Part shown: positions 31,630 to 39,619 of the stretch, piece by piece
Numbering within the stretch: position 1 is the first letter of the stretch
Layout: each line of letters starts with the position of its first letter
IMG/VR virus record: IMGVR_UViG_3300044638_006750
Coordinates: 1-64,000 of that record
Length of the DNA: 64,000 nucleotides
Direction: 5' to 3' (one strand)
The notes under the pieces: model-generated
What the model saw: the letters and a program-made list of their open reading frames with translations, nothing else
Databases searched by the model: none
What the model was told of the DNA's origin: nothing
Program-made: the position numbers and the translations under genes

Positions 31630-31763
31630 ATCAACCCTTTCGTTAGAAAAACTAGAACCACAACTCCAACCATTCTACATCTATTATCGTCATTTGTCAA
31701 GCGGAAACTTTAGAAATCTATCCCGTTCAGTTGCGTAAGGCTTGTCCTCTTGTTCTATATCTA

Positions 31764-32324
31764 TTATCGACCAACAGTACCTACCTTCTTTAGAGAATTT
31801 GGGTAGAACTTGAAAAAATCTCGAATGTCGTCGTTGTATGCCATATTGGCATTATCACAAGTCGCATCAAAATAGAGATAATACCCGCTATCTTGTCGAG
31901 TCAGATTTTGCGTATACTTCTTGACATGCTTTTGCTCACTCCATTTTGTCACTAGTCCATTAGGAGTAATAAAAATCATGAACAAAATATCGAAACATTC
32001 AGGCTTGACACCACTGAAAACGCAAATGCTCTTGGAGCCTTTCTTGGTGTGTTTGGGAAACATCTTAGCAGTCTTGACTTCGCAACGAATGTTGTCGTTC
32101 AAAAGAATGTCAAAAGATTTCGTACCACCATGCCTCTTGACATCATATCCGTTTTGACGCAGCCGACGAGCCATCAGTTTCTCGCCGCATTGACCAATAG
32201 CATACGGGTCAAGACGAGAAAGAGTATACGCTAACTTGTTCAGTTTGGGGCAAAAATAGGTTTCCGGCTCCAAACACTTGATTCCGTTCTTGATCTTATG
32301 AAAGTCACGCATCGTGAACATCAT
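31764..32324 (-). CDS. PD-(D/E)xK nuclease-like protein
   Basis: GEKLM...FDILL...CEVKTA. Confidence 0.65.
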   Translation of the reverse strand: MMFTMRDFHKIKNGIKCLEPETYFCPKLNKLAYTLSRLDPYAIGQCGEKLMARRLRQNGYDVKRHGGTKSFDILLNDNIRCEVKTAKMFPKHTKKGSKSICVFSGVKPECFDILFMIFITPNGLVTKWSEQKHVKKYTQNLTRQDSGYYLYFDATCDNANMAYNDDIRDFFKFYPNSLKKVGTVGR

Positions 32325-32403
32325 TATTCTCCTGTAGTTATGGCTATTCTACAAGAGTATCGGCTATTGTCAATAGATTTAGTGAAAAAATTATTTTTTG
32401 TTC

Positions 32404-32481
32404 TAAACCTATGGCAGATAAGAACTTACGACAAATCGGGCCGCTCCGCCTCACCCTAAGTGCTTTAGGGATAAGGCTTTG
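32404..32481. repeat. 78-bp element, copy 9
   Basis: TAAAC-N15-ACTTA-N28-TAAGT-N15-CTTTG. Confidence 0.9.
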
Positions 32482-32985
32482 CGTTCACTCAAAATCCACA
32501 AAAATAACCTGATTATATCCACGAGGCTTGATGGTTAGGCTCTCACCATAGTCATAGGTGTCAGCCTTTACGTTTGTCATACCAACAGCTTTCTTCGCGT
32601 AATATGTAATAGTACGCTGTGAGGCTTCATTGGGTAGATCAAATCCATATCGGTTAACCCAACCATAATTAGCTTCACCACCCAGCGTATCAGTAATTAT
32701 CACATTCACCTTCATCTCCAAACTCCTTATGTTCAAATACAAGATCGCTCATCAAATAGGATACCAGAATCCCAGCAGCCATACCCAAACCGAAAATCAC
32801 ATAACCATCCATGGCTCTTTTCCTTTTAGTTTATAAGATAGGTTGCCACACAACCGCCCAAAAAACTCGCCAGAAACAAGATTTTCTCACTGAAACTCAT
32901 GCTTGCACCATTCTACTTTAGAAAGATTATTCTGTCAAGTGCTGACTACAAGCCATTGTAGCCGAATCCGAAGGATTAGCAGAGA

Positions 32986-33156
32986 CTACCAGCCATCTCC
33001 TATTGCCTTTCGATTGTTCGCCCCGCGAGTCCGAAGACGCTTGGGACGGTTATCGTGCTTACCACTACCTCCAAGGTGGGGGTTGTGACCTTTGCCTATT
33101 TCCCATACTTGACGCACGTTCAATACCAACACCATGTTTTTCTTGCGTTTGCTCAT
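32986..33156 (-). CDS. 56-aa basic protein (absent from ORF track)
   Basis: MSKRKKNMVLVLNVRQVWEIGKGHNPHLGGSGKHDNRPKRLRTRGANNRKAIGDGW; directly behind a promoter. Confidence 0.65.
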   Translation of the reverse strand: MSKRKKNMVLVLNVRQVWEIGKGHNPHLGGSGKHDNRPKRLRTRGANNRKAIGDGW

Positions 33157-33218
33157 GTTCTTTACTCTACCATATTATCGACCAAAGTCAAGCACAACCT
33201 GTAAGAATTTTTTTGTCA

Positions 33219-33296
33219 TAAGTCATTGGCAGCAAAAGACTTAGAACTAATCCGAGCGGCCCCGCTTGCCACAAGTGCTGTAGCAGCAAGGGTTTA
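33219..33296. repeat. 78-bp element, copy 10
   Basis: TAAGT-N15-ACTTA-N28-CAAGT-N15-GTTTA. Confidence 0.88.
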
Positions 33297-33545
33297 CGAT
33301 CAGAAATCTCCAACAGTATTCAAGCGTACAGGCTCGCTCTTGAATGAACATACATTCAGTCCACTAGCAGCCACAACAGTATCGAACATGATACCGAGAA
33401 ACTCCTGCCTTTCAACTGCTGTACTCATATCATGTTCTGGCAACTCTAACAGAAACTCACGATCAACGGCAATCTCATCACCATTATCATTCTCTACGAG
33501 AATATCATAGAAGCGATGCGTGTTCATACTGTGCTCTCCTTGGGT

Positions 33546-33866
33546 TCAATCGTAGTAGGGGCCATCTTCGTTGTAATCAACATAACCGATTGCATCATCG
33601 GCATGGAAATCCTCTCGGTCATCTCCGTAGTAGCCGTAATCCTCATCTGTTCCCCAACCGCATGACGCAAGGCCGGACTCGTGATCTCCGTCCATATCAT
33701 CATTAATATCCTCATCAACCCAGTCCACCTCTCCACTATTATCATCCTCGTCGTAAAAGTCGTTGTAATCGTCATAGTTAGAATCTTCTTCGTCGCCAAC
33801 GTAGGCCATGTCATCGTCCTCATAAGCGTTATCGGGATCGAACAGGGGGTCAGGGTGACTCATCAT
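33546..33866 (-). CDS. Extremely acidic protein (DGDHESGLASCGWGTDEDYG)
   Basis: D/E-dominated; AG-rich RBS; own promoter. Confidence 0.75.
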   Translation of the reverse strand: MMSHPDPLFDPDNAYEDDDMAYVGDEEDSNYDDYNDFYDEDDNSGEVDWVDEDINDDMDGDHESGLASCGWGTDEDYGYYGDDREDFHADDAIGYVDYNEDGPYYD

Positions 33867-34170
33867 CTTCCTCTCTTTCTTGTATCGGCAGTCTACCAGA
33901 AAAACTTTAGGCTGTCAAGCCCTACCAGCCGTTTCGGCGATATTCTTCTCGGAGTTCCTCTTCTTCACGACGCTGACGATCATTCACAGGAGGGCCATAT
34001 CCCAGATCATATGCTTCTCGCGCAGCATCATATCCATCATCAGAATCTTCGTCATTCCATTGGTCGTATCGACTCATCTTTCACTCTCACTTTCTCTACT
34101 TCTTATATCGTCAAGTCTAGCATCTCAACTTTAGCCTGTCAAGAGAAAATCTAAAAATTTTTTGTTGACG

Positions 34171-34248
34171 TAAACTGTTGAGACATAAGGACTTACGTTT
34201 CGCGGGGCCGGCCGGCCTCACCGCAAGTGCTTATGCGGCAAGGCTTTG
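34171..34248. repeat. 78-bp element, copy 11
   Basis: TAAAC-N15-ACTTA-N28-CAAGT-N15-CTTTG. Confidence 0.88.
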
Positions 34249-34915
34249 CGTCAAACCGTAAACTCTACGTCCGGTTCGATCTGGTCACTAATCCCCACCA
34301 CCTCAGCCCAATCGTAAAAATCGACTTGGACACTAGGATCATCAATCGGCTCAACCATCGGCTCAAGAATACCCTGCTCTGCCATCTCGTCAAGGATCCG
34401 GTTTACTGCGTCGAAATCCAGCATACTGTTTTCCTTTGGGGTGGTGAGAACAAAAGCCATCATATGCGGAAAGTGTGTCATTGTCAAGCCCTTATTTCAT
34501 GAGTCTAAGAACAGCCTCCAACCTCGCAATTTCCAGCCTCAATTCAGCCACCTTGCCGAACATCCTAGCCTGTCGATAATTGTCGATATCGTATCGCAGG
34601 CTTATGATCTGATAGTTGATGGTTTCGCGTGTCATGGTCTTCCTTTCTCTAATCTAGTCTACACTCGGCCGTCCTACTTGTCAATACGCTTCTCAAAAAT
34701 TGTGTCCAAATAAATCTCTTTTTCACTGACCACCCATCCATACTCACAACGAGGGGTATACACACCAATATAGACTTTCCCTTTTTCGACTCCCTCAAAT
34801 CCCAGACCATAACCGAACAACCCAGCCAGAAATATCATAGAGAACATAAAAGGTTCCTTTCTATGTATATTATCGGCTAATTCCCGCTAACATCTTTAGC
34901 ACAAATAATTTCACC

Positions 34916-34993
34916 TAAATCCCTATCCTGCAACAACTTACGACCAGCCGGGGCGCGCCCCTGCATCGTAAGTCTTTACGTCGCAAGGGTTTG
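34916..34993. repeat. 78-bp element, copy 12
   Basis: TAAAT-N15-ACTTA-N28-TAAGT-N15-GTTTG. Confidence 0.88.
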
Positions 34994-35091
34994 CGTCAAT
35001 TTTTGTTATTGTAGAACGGACTGATTACACAATAGGCAAAACCGACATATCCGATGATGAACATTAAGGCACTGAACATTTTATAGTCTTT

Positions 35092-35928
35092 CTATTTACA
35101 GGGTTGCAGATCGTATAGGGAACAGTGGACAGTCCTACCGTCATCATACTGTACTGATGCCCAAGCATCTTTTGTACCATAAATCTCATCGGCCAAGACA
35201 CCCATGAAACATTTCACCACAACCTTTTGACCGTCCAGCATCACAGTATCCCCGTATCGAGGGGTGTGTTCAGCAGTAAACATTTTTAGTTTTCGTCCTT
35301 CCATGCAAATGGGCTGATTTCTTCGCCATATGCCGTAATGGCTTCGTACTGAGCCTTCAACGCTTCCACACGCTCTTTGCTGCCCGGCTTGCCAACCTTC
35401 ACGATCATGGTATCGTCTCCACCAATAAGCCGAGGATCGGCCTTCTCGACACGAATTTTGCCGAGCCGACGCAGTGCTTTCCGATTGAACTTCAAAACCT
35501 TTTCAGAAACCACATACCGCTTCTGGTCTGCAACTCCGTAAACGTAGTCGGTATCTTCGGTGATTCGATCATCGGGAATCTCTACCAGCATGGGAATCGC
35601 GATACCCTTGAAAACCATACGGGCCTGACGCTTGGCGTTCTCAATAATGGCAAACTTCGTTTTCATCTTTGTCTCTCTTTCTTGTGTGTGGATTCTAGCA
35701 ACCTGTCTACCGCTTGTCAAGCCCTCAAATCTTCCAGTGGGAGAACTTCAGGGTGAACACTTGTCCAGGGTACTTGCTTGCGATGTACGCTTCGGCGGTT
35801 TCCTTCCGATTGTCGGTAGCCGAAACACCCTGAACCACCTTACCGTCGATGATGACGCTCCAGATTCGACGCTTGCGAATCTTCGGCAGGGAAGCGATGA
35901 AACTGTTGACGCTAGTGACCTTTTCCAT
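35092..35928 (-). CDS. Hypothetical early ORFs (35725-35928, 35286 to about 35666, 35092 to about 35284)
   Basis: AG-rich leaders (AGAAAGAGAGA...ATG). Confidence 0.7.
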
Positions 35929-36052
35929 CTTTTCTCTCTCTTTCTTTCTCTTATATCGACATTATACCATGGATTCTTGAGGTTGCAAGAGAAATCTAGA
36001 AATTTTTGTGTCAAGATTTTTTGACAAAACTTTTGCCTGCTTTTTGAGCATT

Positions 36053-36068
36053 TGGCATACTATTTGCT
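36053..36068 (+). promoter_or_regulatory. sigma54-type -24/-12 motif
   Basis: TGGCATACTATTTGCT (GG-N10-GC). Confidence 0.55.
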
Positions 36069-36077
36069 AGTGCGTCA

Positions 36078-36155
36078 TAAGTTCTTGTGGCTTAAGCACT
36101 TACGTCAAAATTTGCCCGCCCTCCTCGTTGTAAGTCTATATGCGGCAAGCAGTTA
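36078..36155. repeat. 78-bp element, copy 13
   Basis: TAAGT-N15-ACTTA-N28-TAAGT-N15-AGTTA. Confidence 0.9.
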
Positions 36156-36912
36156 CGATTAGTTTTCGCGTCCTACATACCAAGTTTTCCCACTATCGTC
36201 TTTCATTTTTTTCCACCCCATTTTCGCAAAATACCTATCTTGAAGATAGTTGTCAACAAGCCTAAATGTTTGCAAGAAAATCCACCAACCAACCGTAGAG
36301 CCAACAAACCAAGCCCCAATAAACCATATTGCCAAGGTTGCCCACATCTCCACCTCTGCTTCACTCATGTTTCCCCTTTCGGTTTAGGATACGCCCATCC
36401 AAGAAGCGTTTTCACAACAATAATCGTAGAACATATCGTTCAGAACTTCTTCATAGTTCTTATCTTTCAAGAGCCTACGGTCAAGGGTTGAGTCACACTC
36501 AGCATAAAACTTACCCTTTCCTACTTCAAACACAATCGTACAGGCATGAGCCTCACTACCCCAAATCCTAGCCTTAGCATCCACAAACTTCTTCAACATC
36601 TTTTTCTCTCTTTCTTAGTACGATTCTAGTAGATGGTTTCAATGTTGTCAAGCCCCACAAGCCACTTCCCACTCATGGGGCATATAGCCTTTTTGCAGTT
36701 CGGTTGTGCTGCACTCGCATTGCACACCGGCCAGATCGACCACCCATACATCACCCTCGTCGAAGTACCAATCAACAATCTTTCCAGTGATTCCACCAAG
36801 CCGAACCTTGTCACCAATCTCGTACATTCTAGCCTTTCTTTCTTGTTGCCTGTATTCTATACATCTATTATCGACTTGTCAACAGTGAAAACTGAAGAAA
36901 TTTTTTTAGACT

Positions 36913-36990
36913 TAAAGTGTTGGTGTGTAAGTAGTTACGTCAAATCGGAGCGGCCGGCCTCGCCGTAAGTTCTTTACGGACAAGGCTTTA
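36913..36990. repeat. 78-bp element, copy 14
   Basis: TAAAG-N15-AGTTA-N28-TAAGT-N15-CTTTA. Confidence 0.88.
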
Positions 36991-36992
36991 TG

Positions 36993-37292
36993 TCAACCCA
37001 CAACCATACGGTCTTCAAACGGTGTACCATCGTTCAGGTACCACTCATAGTTCTTCTGGTATACCTGTACGGGTGAATACTGGTTGATACGCTTCTTCGT
37101 GGTGTGTGTACGCCATCCACCACTATTCAGCATCACAGTATCATCGGGATAGATTACTACAACATTCGTACCGTGCAACTCGATTGCAACGCTACCATCT
37201 GCTTGAATGTAGGCATAGGTGTTGTTGCCAACCTTTCGTTGTCCACGATTACGCTTACCCAAAACCATCTTCGTTGCTTCTGCGTGTGTCAT
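36993..37292 (-). CDS. Phage hypothetical protein (LHG...LNSGGWRT.TTK.RIN family)
   Basis: Motif recalled from phage early proteins (unverified); stop abuts the element. Confidence 0.7.
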   Translation of the reverse strand: MTHAEATKMVLGKRNRGQRKVGNNTYAYIQADGSVAIELHGTNVVVIYPDDTVMLNSGGWRTHTTKKRINQYSPVQVYQKNYEWYLNDGTPFEDRMVVG

Positions 37293-37703
37293 TTTTTCTT
37301 TCAGTTAAAAAGGTTTTCCAGCCATTCACGATACATCTCGCCCATCGCACAAAAAACTTCATGCAGAATATAGGTGAGTCCTGCACATGCACACAGTAGA
37401 GCCAAATCCACAAAAGTCATTTCTTTTTCCTCTTTGGAGAGTCTAGTATATCGTCTCTCGCTGGTCCTGTCAATACTCTCCACAATCTTCGACAACTTCT
37501 TCTCCAATCACTTCGCAGTGTTCGCAGCACTTCGGGCAAATACCATAATCCACTTGGGCGAAGGTCATCTCACAGCCGCAGCAATCCGAAGTGAAGTAGA
37601 CCCGAATGACGTTTTCCATGGTTTTCCTTTCCTCTTGTGTTGTGTCTATTATACTTATCGGCATATTCCTGTCAATACCTTAAAAAGATTTTTATACAAG
37701 CCA

Positions 37704-37781
37704 TAAGTGGTTGTCAGATAAGCACTTACGTCAAACGCGGCGCGCCCCGCTTTTCGTAAGTCTTTATGGGCTAAGGTTTTA
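37704..37781. repeat. 78-bp element, copy 15
   Basis: TAAGT-N15-ACTTA-N28-TAAGT-N15-TTTTA. Confidence 0.9.
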
Positions 37782-38371
37782 CGTTATAGAGCGGATGCTC
37801 TCCCGATACCTGAACCGCAGTTCAGTAGCAGCAGCCCGAATCACCTCGCATAGCACCTCTTTTAGAGCACCCTTCGCATGGGGGAGTTGAAGCTGTGCCT
37901 CACGCAGAGTCAACTGAATCGTGCTGGTTTGCATAGTGTCGAATGATGGCTGAAAATAGCTGGTATTCATCTGTTCTCTCTTTCTGTGGTTGTATCCTAC
38001 CGTATCCACGCTTGGCTGTCAAGTCGTGTAGGCATTGGTAAGCCGATGATACTTAGCCCACAACTCATCTACCACGAACTGCACAACCCGATCATGAGAA
38101 CCACGGCAAACGTAGTATCCCATGTGAATGTCGAACAGGGCATACGTCCCATCCGTTTGGGGGTGGAACGTGAAGCCACACTTGTAGGCGTAGGCGTTGA
38201 TCTTACCCTTGATCGTCGAAGTCTTAGGAGGCTTTCTCATTTTCTTCTCTCTCTTTCTCTCTTACTTCTTATATCGACATTATACCAGCCCCTACTTGAG
38301 TTTGCAAGAGAAAAATCTAGATTTTTATGTCAAGAAATTTTGACAAAATTTTTCTGTATTTTGAGTATGTT

Positions 38372-38387
38372 TGGCACACCAATTGCT
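38372..38387 (+). promoter_or_regulatory. sigma54-type -24/-12 motif
   Basis: TGGCACACCAATTGCT (GG-N10-GC), near consensus. Confidence 0.6.
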
Positions 38388-38396
38388 ATATCGTCA

Positions 38397-38474
38397 TAAC
38401 CCTATATCTCATAAGTACTTACGTCGAATCCGAGCCGCCCCGCTAGTCGTAAGTCTTTATCAGATCACCACTTA
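38397..38474. repeat. 78-bp element, copy 16
   Basis: TAACC-N15-ACTTA-N28-TAAGT-N15-ACTTA. Confidence 0.9.
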
Positions 38475-38476
38475 GG

Positions 38477-38578
38477 TCACATGTGGTCATTATAGATTAT
38501 TTCGATCTGCCTAAACACATAGAACAACAGCATAGTGATGGTGGAAGCAAAACACAGGTCGATAATCAGCCTAATCAT
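38477..38578 (-). CDS. 33-aa membrane peptide (absent from ORF track)
   Basis: AAGGAG RBS; MIRLIIDLCFASTITMLLFYVFRQIEIIYNDHM; stop abuts the element. Confidence 0.6.
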   Translation of the reverse strand: MIRLIIDLCFASTITMLLFYVFRQIEIIYNDHM

Positions 38579-38630
38579 GAGCAACTCCTTTTTCGGTATT
38601 CTACACTATGGATTCTGAACAATCAAGCCC

Positions 38631-39391
38631 TTAGCAAGCGTAGATAAAAACTTTTTCATTCACACAACGATTACTAATCGTCACAATCCAATTCTTTCCG
38701 CTTCCGTCTTCTCTCATGATGCTATTCACCAGCCCGCAGTGAGCGTTGCCCTTGGGGTCGATCACACCAATATACTTACCAGCAGTCATAGCAGCGAAAA
38801 TCTTGCTCAGGTTGTTGTTGTGCTTGGTCATGTTCTTTTCTCCTTAGTGATTGTATTCTATAAGATTATTCTAGGCTGTCAATACTGTACGCTTGTTTAG
38901 AGAATCGTACCATCACCACGAATACGATACATGATACCGCCGATACTGTACAGAACAATACCCTCTCCGAGATGCTGAACAAACGTAGCCGAGTAGCCGT
39001 GTCGAGCAACCAACCGTCGAACCGTATTTTGCACTTGAATCGTCATTTTATTTCTCTCTTTCTTATACGTATATTCTATCAAGATTTTTTAGCGTGTCAA
39101 TACTGATCAGTAGTACAGTCCGTCAGCAACCACCTCACCGTTCTCATTCACCTCGATAAACTCTCCCTCATCGCCCATCGGGAAAAAATACTGAATATAT
39201 CCGTACTCGTCGTTCAGAGCCTCTTCGAGCAACTCGCCACCGATGCGAGCAATCCCAACCAAGGTATCGGGAGAAGTGCTATCCGCACCGTACAGGAACT
39301 CAACCAACTCGTCTCGGGTGTTCAAGGTAACCATTTTTATCATCTCCTCTTGTGTTGAACGTATTATACATATCGGCTTTTCTCGTGTCAA
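38631..39391 (-). CDS. Three small ORFs, each behind its own sigma70-like promoter (39107-, 38897-, 38631-)
   Basis: TTGACA and TAGAAT/TATAAT at about 39363-39391, 39073-39100 and 38855-38882. Confidence 0.7.
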
Positions 39392-39423
39392 TACCTTAGA
39401 AAAAAATTTTTCTGTAATTATCC

Positions 39424-39501
39424 TAAGTCCTTATTTATCAAACACTTACGAACAATCGGGCGGATTAAAATCGTCGTAAGTACTTATGCCCCAACAACTT
39501 A
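39424..39501. repeat. 78-bp element, copy 17 (right edge)
   Basis: Perfect TAAGT-N15-ACTTA-N28-TAAGT-N15-ACTTA; contains TATCAAACACTTA. Confidence 0.92.
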
Positions 39502-39619
39502 GGGGGGTTTTTCTGTTTTAGTAAGGATATCGGCGTTTTTTGTGTCGAGGCGGCGGTGGTGCAAACATAGTAGGGGGCTATTATATGAATATGTACTACC
39601 TAAACCTTAAAGGTTGCCC

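Noticed and set aside
33524-33823. Met/Thr/Ile-rich 99-aa ORF
   Set aside because: Alternate-frame artefact of the GAT/GAC-rich acidic gene.
20003-39501. 78-bp elements as mini-CRISPR arrays (25-bp repeat, 28-bp spacer, repeat)
   Set aside because: The boxes are far too degenerate, the spacers share a GC-rich and partly palindromic bias, and there are no cas genes in the window.
20003-39501. Elements as canonical integron attC or Xer dif sites
   Set aside because: No RYYYAAC/GTTRRRY ends. The inner TTR-N5-YAA is the opposite of dif ATAA-N6-TTAT. No integrase is seen. Only the layout is analogous.
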